Shown: positions 16,313-25,635 of the stretch, in pieces
Position numbering within the stretch: position 1 is the first letter of the stretch
Layout: each line of letters starts with the position of its first letter
IMG/VR virus record: IMGVR_UViG_3300045988_066894
Location: 1 to 40,274 of that record
Direction: 5' to 3' (one strand)
Length of the DNA: 40,274 bases
Source of the DNA: a virus
Position numbers and translations under genes: made by a program
Notes under the pieces: generated by a model
The model's input: only the letters and a program-made list of their open reading frames with translations
The model's database searches: none
Told to the model about the DNA's origin: nothing

Positions 16313-17058
16313 TCAGTCTTCGTAAAGAGTCCGGAAAACCGGGCTCATGCCCTTGGTCTGTTCGCGCAGCCGCTCACGCTCGGCCTTCTCCCTATCCGCC
16401 CGCAATCGTTCCGCGAGCGAATCGAAAGGTTTCGGAAACTCGTCGCTGCCAAACGCGTAGACGACCGGTATCTCACCCCACCGGACCGGATAATCCAAGC
16501 CGTTGAACTCCGCGCCCGTGTAGGATGACGGATCGCCGATAATCTGCTCAAGGAGCGCTATCGCGTCGCCGTAGCGGAGCCTGCCGCCAAGATCGGCCTG
16601 CAGACTCCACCCATGCATCGTGAAATCGGCTCGGATCACGCTCCCGTGGTCGGCGAGCTGGCGGGCGAACCATTGAATTTTCCCAGTGAGGCGCCCTGCG
16701 CGCGCACCACCGCATCGCCATAGTCGGACAGAAGATTGAACACGACCTGCACCGGTTCGCCGTTCAGCTGCTCCGCCTGCTCGTCGCCAGCGAAGGCGCT
16801 CAGAATGCGCTTGAGCTGTTCGACGCTTTCCGTATCATCGGACGTGTTCGAAAGTCTCGTGAAATCGTCGATACTCATCGACAATGGGAGCTTGTACGTG
16901 CGTCCGCCGGGCACGAGCGCCCAATACACATCGCCCTTGATGATGTGGCGCACCCTGTAGTTCTGCGCAATGGAGGCGAACGCCTCCTCATCGTTTTTCT
17001 CCGTCCACTGGTCGAAATCCTCGACGGTCGGCTTGAAATCGGTGGAAGTGGAAGTCAT
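16313..17058 (-). CDS. tail assembly chaperone fusion (gpGT-like) made by a -1 programmed frameshift
   Basis: In the 0 frame CTG GGA AAA TTC contains G GGA AAA. The -1 frame reads GGG AAA ATT CAA TGG ... and continues into ORF 16313..16639 (..VIRADFTMHGW..). Confidence 0.75.
16636..17058 (-). CDS. tail assembly chaperone (gpG-like)
   Basis: 140-aa acidic protein between the major tail protein and TMP. Contains the slippery heptamer near its 3' end. Confidence 0.8.
   Translation of the reverse strand: MTSTSTDFKPTVEDFDQWTEKNDEEAFASIAQNYRVRHIIKGDVYWALVPGGRTYKLPLSMSIDDFTRLSNTSDDTESVEQLKRILSAFAGDEQAEQLNGEPVQVVFNLLSDYGDAVVRAQGASLGKFNGSPASSPTTGA
16688..16694 (-). other. -1 slippery heptamer GGGAAAA (G/GT)
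   Basis: The plus strand reads ttttccc. This is a canonical X XXY YYZ heptamer in the gpG frame. Confidence 0.75.
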
Positions 17059-17104
17059 TGTCTTGTCCTATCTGCTTTTCGCCTGCCTGCCGTGGAAAAT
17101 AAGA

Positions 17105-17145
17105 TTCCCGGACCGCGCAGACAGGCGAGATAGGCGGTCCGGGAA
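17105..17145 (-). terminator. hairpin plus T-run after the major tail protein region
   Basis: 11-12 bp perfect stem TTCCCGGACCGC / GCGGTCCGGGAA, followed on the minus strand by TCTTATTTTCC. Confidence 0.5.
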
Positions 17146-17161
17146 GATTTTCGTCCGCCGG

Positions 17162-18033
17162 TCAGGCGGCGCGTGCGGTGACGGTGACAGTCAGATCGGA
17201 TGAGGTCACGCCGTCGTATATGGCGTTGATCCTCGCGCTTCCGGCCTTGACGGCGGTGAGCGTGCCTCCCTCGACGGTCGCCACGCCTGCATCCTTGGAC
17301 TTGAATGTGGCCTGTCCGGTCACGTCCACGGTGGTCTTGTCCACATGTGTGGCGACGGCCTTGAGCGCGAGCTTCGCGCCTTGGACGACCGACGGCTTCG
17401 TGTTTCCGTCAGCCGAGGTCACGGCCACCGCCGTCACGCTTTTGGGTCGTACCAGCTTTCGATCCACCTGGTGTTCGGATGCTCCGCATCCACATACAGC
17501 GGATCTTTCATCCATTCGACGGTGAGCGCGCGACCGGTGACCGAGCCACGCTCCTGCTGGTCCGGCTCGTTGCCGGTGACTTGCATGACGCCGGCGCGAC
17601 GGTGCACGCGGCCGGTGTCGAACGTCTCCTCCTCGTACACCATCCACTTCGCATCCTGGATGATGTCGGCCACGTGGTAGACGCCCTGGGCGTCCGGCTC
17701 GCCGATGGTGATTTTGCGGGTCAGCGCGTTGTTTTCGGCCGGGCTGAAAGTCTGCGTGAGGCTGGTCGCTAACGGCAGCTTTTTGTAACCGTCCTGCAAA
17801 AACTCGATGGGGTCGTCGCCGTCGCGCGAATCCTGGTTGCCGCCGTCGGACTTGACGAGTCCGATGCATGCGGTCGACCGATTGTAGGCGGCCGGAAGTT
17901 CCGGCGTTGCATTGCTGGGTGCGATCATCTCCGGCGTGATTTTGTTTTCGGTGGAGTACGGGACGATCATGATGGCGGCGGTGACGAGCGCCTCCACCTG
18001 TCCCAGATCCATGCCTTGACTGTCTTTGGCCAT
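17162..18033 (-). CDS. major tail protein with C-terminal Big_2 Ig-like domain, made by a -1 programmed frameshift
   Basis: The 0 frame reads ..GAC CCA AAA GCG TGA. C CCA AAA is a canonical slippery heptamer. The -1 frame reads CCC AAA AGC GTG ACG = PKSVTAVAVTSADGNTKPSVVQGAKLALKAVATHVDKTTVDVTGQATFKSKDAGVATVEGGTLTAVKAGSARINAIYDGVTSSDLTVTVTARAA*. Confidence 0.75.
17434..18033 (-). CDS. major tail protein
   Basis: 199 aa, positioned between the tail terminator and the chaperones. Strongly expressed-looking start (MAKDSQG). Confidence 0.8.
   Translation of the reverse strand: MAKDSQGMDLGQVEALVTAAIMIVPYSTENKITPEMIAPSNATPELPAAYNRSTACIGLVKSDGGNQDSRDGDDPIEFLQDGYKKLPLATSLTQTFSPAENNALTRKITIGEPDAQGVYHVADIIQDAKWMVYEEETFDTGRVHRRAGVMQVTGNEPDQQERGSVTGRALTVEWMKDPLYVDAEHPNTRWIESWYDPKA
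17440..17446 (-). other. -1 slippery heptamer CCCAAAA (major tail protein / Ig extension)
   Basis: The plus strand reads ttttggg. It lies 2 codons before the major tail protein stop. Confidence 0.7.
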
Positions 18034-18046
18034 GGCGTTTCCTTTC

Positions 18047-18478
18047 TTAGGGTTGTCTGATTCCGGCCGTCGAATATTCGGCGGTCATGTAGTAGTGGCA
18101 CCATGCCGCGTCCTCTCCGACCGGGTACGGGCCGTTGCATCCGTCGGGCACGACGGCGCAGATGCGGCTGCCTTCGGCGAATCCGATGAGGATGCCGGGC
18201 TCTCCGGTCAGCACGCCGTACACGCGGGCCGCCAGATCACGGCATGGTTTCGTATCGTTGCGCGTCCATCCGAGCACGTTGACGCCTATCGACCTGTCGA
18301 ACGTCACGCGGTCGGCGGATTGCGTGCCGCCGTCATCACGCACGACCACGAGCGGATAGGAACCGTCGTAACCGTCAGGGATACGGTTTCCGACCTGCAG
18401 GCCGGGGATGTCCGTGATGTTGGAGCGCAGCCATCCGGTGAGGAATAGTTCGAGGTCGGGTGGGATGACGCTTGCCAT
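18047..18478 (-). CDS. tail terminator / tail completion protein (putative)
   Basis: 143 aa, directly upstream of the major tail protein. Call rests on synteny with HK97-like siphoviruses. Confidence 0.5.
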   Translation of the reverse strand: MASVIPPDLELFLTGWLRSNITDIPGLQVGNRIPDGYDGSYPLVVVRDDGGTQSADRVTFDRSIGVNVLGWTRNDTKPCRDLAARVYGVLTGEPGILIGFAEGSRICAVVPDGCNGPYPVGEDAAWCHYYMTAEYSTAGIRQP

Positions 18479-18765
18479 CAGACCCTCGCCTTCTTCAGCG
18501 CCTTGGCCAGATTGCCGGTCTGCGCCTCCACGATCAGGGTTTTCGGGTCGTGGCCGACGACCATGACGGTCGTTCGGTGCTCCCTTTTGACCTCCTCGAT
18601 TCCAAGGCCGTCGCGGTACGCGCCGGTATCGACTGGAGCGGACGCCTTCGCGTAGGCGAGTGCCCTGTTCGCGGCCAGCATGGTGAGCGACTTGACTCCC
18701 GCGCTATTGAGAATCCCGTCGAAGAATTTCGGGTTGAAGTCGACCGATATCCTGTTTTTCGCCAT
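18478..18765 (-). CDS. HK97 gp10-like head-tail joining (neck) protein
   Basis: 95 aa. Motif APVDTGAYRDGL is typical of the gp10 family. Confidence 0.6.
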   Translation of the reverse strand: MAKNRISVDFNPKFFDGILNSAGVKSLTMLAANRALAYAKASAPVDTGAYRDGLGIEEVKREHRTTVMVVGHDPKTLIVEAQTGNLAKALKKARV

Positions 18766-18769
18766 TTGT

Positions 18770-19168
18770 TCAGCCCTTTCTTTCCGTCAGACGGCATTCC
18801 AAGGTCGGACGCCATCCGGTGAATGCGTTCGCATCCTTCGAGGGGAATCCGTCGACTTCCCACAAGCGTCCGTCGTCGGGGTCTGCGCGGATCCGGTCGC
18901 CGATTCTCACGTCGGCTGTCGGATCCGGGATGGTGAGGTATGCCGTGGATGCGGTCTGTGTGTCGAGCGTGTCCGGCGTACGGGTGCTGGAGCTGGAGGC
19001 GAGGGCGCCCATGATGACGAGCTCGTCCGGAGGCGCGCTCCAGTCCGGCTCGTTCTGCGCCGGATTGTACGGATTGGCCTTGCGTTTGGCACGCAGTCGC
19101 CGCCATTTGGTGGCGCCCGGCATACGCCATCCACCGCCACCGGCATTCATGTCGTCAAGCAGGCTCAT
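18770..19168 (-). CDS. head closure / head-tail adaptor protein (putative)
   Basis: 132 aa. Call rests on position in the head-tail joining block. Confidence 0.5.
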   Translation of the reverse strand: MSLLDDMNAGGGGWRMPGATKWRRLRAKRKANPYNPAQNEPDWSAPPDELVIMGALASSSSTRTPDTLDTQTASTAYLTIPDPTADVRIGDRIRADPDDGRLWEVDGFPSKDANAFTGWRPTLECRLTERKG

Positions 19169-19680
19169 GGCAATCCTCCAAGCCTGTAGGGCTTGAGCTT
19201 GTCCTTCTCCGCCTGCATGAGCGACACCACGTCGAAACTCGCGCTGGAGCCGTTGGTGGACTGCGAGGTGACGAGCCCGATCGGGCTCATGCCAGCTCGC
19301 TTCGCGGCACTGATGAGCACCTGCTGCACGTCCGGCGCATCGTCGTATCCGGCACGAATCGAATAATGGATGGCCGCGACGCCGGCCGGGAAGCCACCGG
19401 AAAGCGACTCCACAAGACCAGTCTCCGGGTCATAGGCGTAGGCCAGTGGATTGCCCTGACGGTCGGTCAGGGATTCAATGCTCGTCACATGACGGGCGGG
19501 CAGTCGAATCACCGTGCCACCGCGAGTGTTCAGCGTTCCCGTCAAGGCCGCGTTCGGCATGACATGCCAACCACATTCACGGCGGATGGCCGACTGCGCA
19601 GCCTTAAGCCTGAAAGCCGCGTCGTCCTCGAAAGCCGAAGGGTCGGCAATCATGTCGGGAATCACATTCACATCACTCAT
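19165..19680 (-). CDS. head-tail connector (gp6-like, putative)
   Basis: Start refined to MSDVNV after GGAGG. Follows the capsid block. Confidence 0.5.
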   Translation of the reverse strand: MSDVNVIPDMIADPSAFEDDAAFRLKAAQSAIRRECGWHVMPNAALTGTLNTRGGTVIRLPARHVTSIESLTDRQGNPLAYAYDPETGLVESLSGGFPAGVAAIHYSIRAGYDDAPDVQQVLISAAKRAGMSPIGLVTSQSTNGSSASFDVVSLMQAEKDKLKPYRLGGLP

Positions 19681-19694
19681 GCCGACCTCCACGC

Positions 19695-19925
19695 TTACTC
19701 TGCAGCCATCAGGCCAGCCGCAATCAGAGAATTGACCAGGGCGTCGAATTCGCTCTTGGTTGGCGTGTCGCCGGCGGCCAAAGCCACATGCGTTGCAGGC
19801 TTCACTGCAGCGCTGCCAATATCGGTCGGCTTGCCGTTGGTCCCGACGAAGACCACATCGGCCACGTTGGCATTCGGGTCAAGTTTCGCCGCCGAGGCTG
19901 GAATCACTCGAAACTGTCGAGCCAT
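19695..19925 (-). CDS. small hypothetical head-associated protein (76 aa)
   Basis: ORF immediately downstream of the major capsid gene. Confidence 0.5.
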   Translation of the reverse strand: MARQFRVIPASAAKLDPNANVADVVFVGTNGKPTDIGSAAVKPATHVALAAGDTPTKSEFDALVNSLIAAGLMAAE

Positions 19926-19936
19926 ATCATGTCTCC

Positions 19937-21142
19937 TTACTTAAGGGTCAGCTTGACGAAAGCCTTCGGCTTGCGCACGGCCAAAGCCACACGCTCCTTG
20001 GCGCGAATGGTCACCAGATCGGAGATGAAGTCGGTGTCATTGGAATTGGTGGCCTCGACCGTCACACCGCCCTTGCGATAGAAGGTGGCAGCACCCTTAA
20101 AGGAGCCGACGATGGCTGTGCCGACGTCGACAGCGGGAGTCACCACGGTGTCCAGACCCCAGAGGCGCGGAGTGATGGTCAGCGCGCCGCCATTCACGCC
20201 ATAGAACGGTCCACCGCCGATGAAATTGCCATCATTGTCCTTCTTCAATCGAATGGCCTCATAGTCTGTCGGATTGATGACAAGGGCATCCGGCATCATG
20301 CCGGTCGTGGTGGAGATCATCGACTGCGCGTGCAGGACGGCAACGTCATTGCCGGCGTCTGTAGCGGTGTATGACTGGATTCCTTCACGATTCAGCAGGC
20401 CCTTGATGTTCTTGCCGGTGCCGTCGCCGTTGAGCAGCTGCTTCTCCTCGGCGATGCTCAGATCGTAGAGCAGGCGTCCATCGATGTCGGACTTCAGGAA
20501 TTCGAGGTCGGTGACCATGTCGTTGGATTCCTTGATGAATCCAGCGATTGTGGACAAAGCGTCGGTGTGCTCTGTCGCGTCGGCGTAATGGATCTGGCTG
20601 AATCTCTCGCCTTCGCCGACGGTGCCGAAATCGCCTTCCTTTTCGCCTTCCACGTAGTAGGTGATGGCCTGTCCGCTGATAGCGCCGATACCGAACAGGT
20701 TTGTGATGGTCGGACGACGGTAAGCCTGGACGAAATTCGGGTCCACGTAGGTCAACAGGGAGCCGTACACGCCGGACGGTCCGCCGGTGACCTGCGTGTC
20801 AGTGTTGGCCTTGCGGCGCGGAACCCATTCCGGTGCTGCGATTGACGCTCCCGAAACTCCCTTTATCTTCGCCAGCTGTTCGCCGATGTTCTTCACGACG
20901 AAATCGCCAAGAGACTCGCCGGATGCGGCTCCGCTTTTCTGGGTGTCCGCCAGATTGTCGGTCAATCCCGCGAAACGCTTATGCACCGCATCCAACGTTT
21001 CGATGGAATCCTGCAATTCGTGCGCCTCGGCGTTCAGCCCCTTCAGCTTCTCGATGTCGGAAGCGGTGAGATTATCCTCGCCCTTGGCCAGCACCGCTTC
21101 GATGGCGGCCTTGGTCTTGGCGAGACGATCATTGAAACTCAT
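19937..21142 (-). CDS. major capsid protein, HK97 fold family
   Basis: 401 aa. N-terminal coiled delta-like region, then a capsid body. Follows the prohead protease. Confidence 0.9.
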   Translation of the reverse strand: MSFNDRLAKTKAAIEAVLAKGEDNLTASDIEKLKGLNAEAHELQDSIETLDAVHKRFAGLTDNLADTQKSGAASGESLGDFVVKNIGEQLAKIKGVSGASIAAPEWVPRRKANTDTQVTGGPSGVYGSLLTYVDPNFVQAYRRPTITNLFGIGAISGQAITYYVEGEKEGDFGTVGEGERFSQIHYADATEHTDALSTIAGFIKESNDMVTDLEFLKSDIDGRLLYDLSIAEEKQLLNGDGTGKNIKGLLNREGIQSYTATDAGNDVAVLHAQSMISTTTGMMPDALVINPTDYEAIRLKKDNDGNFIGGGPFYGVNGGALTITPRLWGLDTVVTPAVDVGTAIVGSFKGAATFYRKGGVTVEATNSNDTDFISDLVTIRAKERVALAVRKPKAFVKLTLK

Positions 21143-21909
21143 TTGGTCTCCTTGTTGTCCTTGCCGCCAGTGACCAGTTCACGGGCGGATTTGATTACAT
21201 TCAGACGCTCGGCCTTCTCGGTCTCCGCGTCCCTACCCTTATCAGGGGCAAGCTTCTTATCATCCTTTTTCTCGCCGGTCTTGGAATCATCCGGCTTATC
21301 TTCGTCGGAAGCGCTGGAATTGTCGGAATCGATGCCTTCCAACACCTCGTTCAGCGACGCCAATGCGGCACGAAGCTTCTCCTCATTGGCGGAGCTGATG
21401 GCGCGACCTGACTTCACGGCCAGAATCTCGGCCTGCTGGTTCGCGGCCACCGGCACCACGCTGATCTCGAAAAGCTTGATCTGCTGGAATTCGGAATGGC
21501 CACCCCACGGGCCGTCGCCCTTTTCCGTGATCCAAGCGGTCTTCGTCGGCACGAAGCCGATGCTCATCTGATGAACCCTGCCATCCTTGAGCAGGTCGTA
21601 AGCCTGCTGTGCGGTCGGATTATCCTCGATATCAAGCTGTGCCGAGATGAGCAGGCCCTTCTCGTCCTCGACGGCACTCAAGGTGCGTCCGATGATGTCG
21701 GTCGGCTTGCCGTCCTGATGGTTCCAATGGATCGGGATGCCGGCTCCGCCGGCGTAGTCCTTCTCCAAGGTCTCCGCGAAAGCGCCCTTGGCGATCACGT
21801 CGCCCTGCAGGTCCTTGTTGCCGAAAGTGCTGGCGTAGCCGCTGAAGACGCCTTCGCCTGCGGAATCGTCCAAGGATTTCACGTTGAATCTGAGCTGTTT
21901 GAGATTCAC
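21139..21909 (-). CDS. prohead protease (HK97 family) with a charged C-terminal scaffold-like tail
   Basis: FSGYASTFGNKDLQGDVIAKGAF ... IHWNH protease signature. C-terminal D/E/K-rich region. Confidence 0.85.
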   Translation of the reverse strand: MNLKQLRFNVKSLDDSAGEGVFSGYASTFGNKDLQGDVIAKGAFAETLEKDYAGGAGIPIHWNHQDGKPTDIIGRTLSAVEDEKGLLISAQLDIEDNPTAQQAYDLLKDGRVHQMSIGFVPTKTAWITEKGDGPWGGHSEFQQIKLFEISVVPVAANQQAEILAVKSGRAISSANEEKLRAALASLNEVLEGIDSDNSSASDEDKPDDSKTGEKKDDKKLAPDKGRDAETEKAERLNVIKSARELVTGGKDNKETK

Positions 21910-23189
21910 TGTCCTTCTCCGTTCACTGGATTGTTCTGTTGCGCGTTCTGCGTCCTGCCGCCGTCCTGCGGGCTTGGCTGTCCGCCGGTCGCCACGTTCA
22001 GTGGCGTCACCAATTCGTCGCCACCATCAAGCTTCGGATAGTTGAGGATGCGCCGTGCCTCGTTCGTGGTCATGAAACTACGCCCCGTGGCCGTGCTGAG
22101 CGCCTGATACTGTTCGGAGAACGTTCCGCGCAGCTTGGCGTCAACGTTCGCTTCAATGTAGGCGTCAGGCTGGCCGAGCGCGTCTGGCAGCAGCAGATTG
22201 AGCGACTGTTCGAAAGCCACGATGTACGGCATCAACTCCACGTTCCACATCTGCTCCTTGAAGGCTCCGATGTTGGAATTCGTGCCGCTGCGGAAGCCTA
22301 GATTTTCTGGCGCGATGTGGAATGCGTTGGCCACGTCGATGCGAATCCTGTCCCTCGCGTCGATGTCCTGCATGTCGATCGGTTTGAACGCGTCCACGGT
22401 CTTGATTTCCATGCCGTCGTTGAGCAGCGGCCAGCCACCGGCAAGATTCCCGCCGGACTTGTAATTGCGCATGCCCTGCACGAATTCGTCCTGCGCCTCC
22501 TGCGACGGCCACGGCATCTCCTTCGGACGGGAGATGTACGCTGGAATCTGGCCGCCGTTCTTCGCTATCGCACGTCGATATTCGGCCATCTCACGTGCCT
22601 CCGCCAAAAGCGGTGCGAGAGTGCCGGACACAGGAGAGCCGCCGATGCCGGACGTGCTATAGCCCACATCCAGCAGAATCTGCGGGTCTGGCAGTTTGAA
22701 ATACCGGCTTCCTTCCGGCTGTCCGGTGCTGATCTGCACCCCGGTGATCTCGTCAAGAGTATTGCCGGAAAGCGTGAAATTCTGCACCGGGATCCGCCGC
22801 AACCACAGTCGGCCGGACTGCTTGTCGGCATCGAGCAGGCACAGCCAACGGTCATTGAGCAGGCCATCGCAGAGCAGCGAGTAGAAGAATCGGTAGCGTG
22901 TCATGCCAGGAAGAACGCTCGGCTTTGCCATCAACTGCGCCAAAGGGCTTGTCGTGTCCTCCGCACGGTCACCGTCAGGCTGGCGCGTGTAGACCTTGAA
23001 CGGCATGCTGGCGATATTCCGCGCGATATGGTCGATGACGGTGCGCACCGCCGCCTCTCGCTCGTAGACTCCGGCGCCGAACCAATCGATCGGCAGCTGC
23101 GTGACCTGCGAAATGTTGACTGGCGATTCGGAGAACTTCTGGGCCACGGATACCGGGCTTTTCTTGAGCCATCTGGAAAAGAACCCCAT
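21906..23189 (-). CDS. portal protein (HK97 family)
   Basis: 427 aa, positioned between TerL and the protease. Confidence 0.85.
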   Translation of the reverse strand: MGFFSRWLKKSPVSVAQKFSESPVNISQVTQLPIDWFGAGVYEREAAVRTVIDHIARNIASMPFKVYTRQPDGDRAEDTTSPLAQLMAKPSVLPGMTRYRFFYSLLCDGLLNDRWLCLLDADKQSGRLWLRRIPVQNFTLSGNTLDEITGVQISTGQPEGSRYFKLPDPQILLDVGYSTSGIGGSPVSGTLAPLLAEAREMAEYRRAIAKNGGQIPAYISRPKEMPWPSQEAQDEFVQGMRNYKSGGNLAGGWPLLNDGMEIKTVDAFKPIDMQDIDARDRIRIDVANAFHIAPENLGFRSGTNSNIGAFKEQMWNVELMPYIVAFEQSLNLLLPDALGQPDAYIEANVDAKLRGTFSEQYQALSTATGRSFMTTNEARRILNYPKLDGGDELVTPLNVATGGQPSPQDGGRTQNAQQNNPVNGEGQ

Positions 23190-23206
23190 GAAACCTCCTC
23201 ACTGGG

Positions 23207-24820
23207 TCATACGACTGCGAAATGGGTCACACTCGGCGCATATTTCGGTGTCTCCGCTTCGACTTGCATGGTCTCCAAGGCGTACAATGCCTGCGATTCA
23301 GCCACCAATCCGGAAATCTGCAATGCGGACTTGGTGCGGTCCCACACCTCGACCTCGCCAAGACGCCGGGACACGGCCACGGAAACCTGCTGTTCGACGG
23401 CGGGCTGCGGAAGGTGCCGCAGCTTGCCCTCGCGCACACGGTCATGGAAACGGCCGCAGCACGCGCCCAACCGGAAGCCTTCGATGAGATGCACCGTCCA
23501 CCCTTTTTCGGTCAACGGGTCGATGAAGTCCACTGCCGGACAGCCCTTGCCCTGCACGGCGATCTCCGTGACATGCGGCCAACGCTCCTGCAAAAGGTCA
23601 AGATAATGCGGCACCCACAGCATGCCGTCACGACGAGCGATCAACTCCACATGAGGCAACCCGTCCGCACGCATTCCGGCAGCGGCCACATACGTGGTCT
23701 TCCTGTCCGCGCTCGTATCCACGGACAGTACGACACGATTACCGTCCGGAATCGTGGAACGCGAGTCGATGCCGCCAGCCCACATTTTCGGATTGATGAA
23801 AGGAATGATGTCAGCCGTCACCCACTGACACAGGACCTCAGTACGAAAAGCGGCCTCGGTCATGCCGTCAATATCGGATCTGACGCTCATGACGGTCATC
23901 GGCCCATAGCCGAGCGACGGATTCGCCTGGCGAATAGCGTCGGCATCATCCACCGGACACTTGTCAGGCGCAGACCACTCGAAAAACCCGAAGCTCCCAT
24001 CCTGCTCGCCGGACAGGAACACGTCGGCCGGATTGCCACCGTCTGCACTCAGACGCGCCCACTCGTCAACAAGCTTTCGGCCCTTGTCGACCTGCTTGCG
24101 AAGCGCGACGCTGCGATAGTCGCCAGCGTTCGAAATGCCCCACAACTGGCTCGACCAGACGGCCTTCGTGGTCTGGCTGACAGCATTCCAGCCATCGTCC
24201 GTATGCTGCTCACGAAGCTCATCAAACACCACACGGGCAGCGCTCTTCGCTCGAATATTCTTATCCGCGCGGACAATATATCGCGCCTTCGAGCGGGTGA
24301 TGATCGCTTCCTCGCCGTTCGTGTTCACGAATTTCTGCGTCATCGCGGCGAGATCCGGAATCACCAGATCCTCTTCCTCATCAGTCGCCGGAGCAGGATT
24401 ACACCACTCCTTGACCTGATTGTACGGGCCCTTGGCATTGTCCAATGTCTGCGCTGCGCCGACCACCAGGAATTTGACGGGCGGCACTCGGTCGGGATGC
24501 TTGTTGGAATCGACGAAAAGCCACCACGCGGCCAGCACGCCCATCAGCGTCGTCTTGCCATTCTGACGGGCCACAAGCACAATCACCTTACGAAAGCGAT
24601 AGCTGCCATCTTCAAGCAATTCCAAAGCATGGACGAGCAGCCACTGCTGCCACGGATACAAATGCACGTGCAGCATGATCTCCGCAAACGCGATCACCGC
24701 GAACCCGTTGCTCGTCTCCTTCGTCAACGGGCGTAACGGCGGAGTGAAGATGCGCGGCAGGGTCACGCCGTGCCTCTCATCGTCGATGGCACCGAAAACC
24801 GTAAGATTCTCAGCCGCCAT
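23207..24820 (-). CDS. terL: terminase large subunit
   Basis: 537 aa. Walker A-like VARQNGKTTL followed by a C-terminal nuclease-type region. Confidence 0.9.
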   Translation of the reverse strand: MAAENLTVFGAIDDERHGVTLPRIFTPPLRPLTKETSNGFAVIAFAEIMLHVHLYPWQQWLLVHALELLEDGSYRFRKVIVLVARQNGKTTLMGVLAAWWLFVDSNKHPDRVPPVKFLVVGAAQTLDNAKGPYNQVKEWCNPAPATDEEEDLVIPDLAAMTQKFVNTNGEEAIITRSKARYIVRADKNIRAKSAARVVFDELREQHTDDGWNAVSQTTKAVWSSQLWGISNAGDYRSVALRKQVDKGRKLVDEWARLSADGGNPADVFLSGEQDGSFGFFEWSAPDKCPVDDADAIRQANPSLGYGPMTVMSVRSDIDGMTEAAFRTEVLCQWVTADIIPFINPKMWAGGIDSRSTIPDGNRVVLSVDTSADRKTTYVAAAGMRADGLPHVELIARRDGMLWVPHYLDLLQERWPHVTEIAVQGKGCPAVDFIDPLTEKGWTVHLIEGFRLGACCGRFHDRVREGKLRHLPQPAVEQQVSVAVSRRLGEVEVWDRTKSALQISGLVAESQALYALETMQVEAETPKYAPSVTHFAVV

Positions 24821-24830
24821 CGCAACCTCC

Positions 24831-25172
24831 TCAGCTGAACCGCTTCATGAAATCATCCATCGCGATAACCTTGTCGCTCTTCGCTTCCTCAGCCCTGACT
24901 TCGGGCTTCTGCCTGGCCGGACGCCCGACCTTCGCTGGAGCGTCCAAAGTCAATCCGAGAGACTGGCAGTATTTCAGGAAAGTCGGCAGAGTCACATTGT
25001 CGATCTTCCCGTTCTCGTCAACGAATCCGGTGGCATTCAGGAAGTCAATCCGACCAGCCAGTACGCGGGCGGCCGCGACCACTGCGGAATTCACGGCCTT
25101 CAGCCCATCGGCGTTCTTCAATGAGCGCTCCAAAGCCTCCGCCACATTATGGCTCGGGAATTTCACCGACAT
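24831..25172 (-). CDS. terS: terminase small subunit
   Basis: 113 aa, directly upstream of TerL. Confidence 0.7.
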   Translation of the reverse strand: MSVKFPSHNVAEALERSLKNADGLKAVNSAVVAAARVLAGRIDFLNATGFVDENGKIDNVTLPTFLKYCQSLGLTLDAPAKVGRPARQKPEVRAEEAKSDKVIAMDDFMKRFS

Positions 25173-25311
25173 ACTTCACCTCAAATCTGCAATCGCGCGC
25201 GCGACCCCCGTTCAATTTCGGCCATCGGGGAGAGGAAGACCAACCACGCGGGACGTCTTGCGCTCTGTCGTTGGTTTTACGATTTCACCGCCCCTACCCC
25301 TCGTGTTGGGC

Positions 25312-25620
25312 TCATGCTGTTGTTATCCATTGTCTTGAGAGTGTTCCGATTGGCGCTGGCGGATCTTGGTTGCCTCTCAAGCGGTTGCAGCTGGTGTGGC
25401 TCGGCTTGAAGCCCGCTGGGTCGAATTGGAGTTCGGGATGCTTGCTGACCGGGAACATGTGATCGAGATTGAATGAGTCATCTGTGGTGTTCTTGACTGC
25501 GTTGTAGTCGATTGGCATACCACACAACCAGCAGACTGCATGCTGTGCCTTGCATTGGTTGAAGAATGCGGCCTTGTCTTTTTCGAATTGGCGGCTTGTC
25601 TTGCGCGTTCTTCCTGGCAT
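25312..25620 (-). CDS. HNH endonuclease (terminase-associated)
   Basis: CWLCGMPIDY...FNLDHMFPVSKHP...PSHTSCNRLRGN. Start refined to MPGRTRK so that the CDS does not run into the tRNA-like gene. Confidence 0.85.
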   Translation of the reverse strand: MPGRTRKTSRQFEKDKAAFFNQCKAQHAVCWLCGMPIDYNAVKNTTDDSFNLDHMFPVSKHPELQFDPAGFKPSHTSCNRLRGNQDPPAPIGTLSRQWITTA

Positions 25621-25635
25621 GTGGTCACCGCCTTG

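Noticed and set aside
17162-17869. Independent 235-aa gene overlapping the major tail protein.
   Set aside because: Its N-terminal roughly 140 aa are Arg-rich out-of-frame read-through of the major tail protein. Only the last roughly 93 codons (the Big_2 domain) look like real protein, and they are reachable through the CCCAAAA -1 site.
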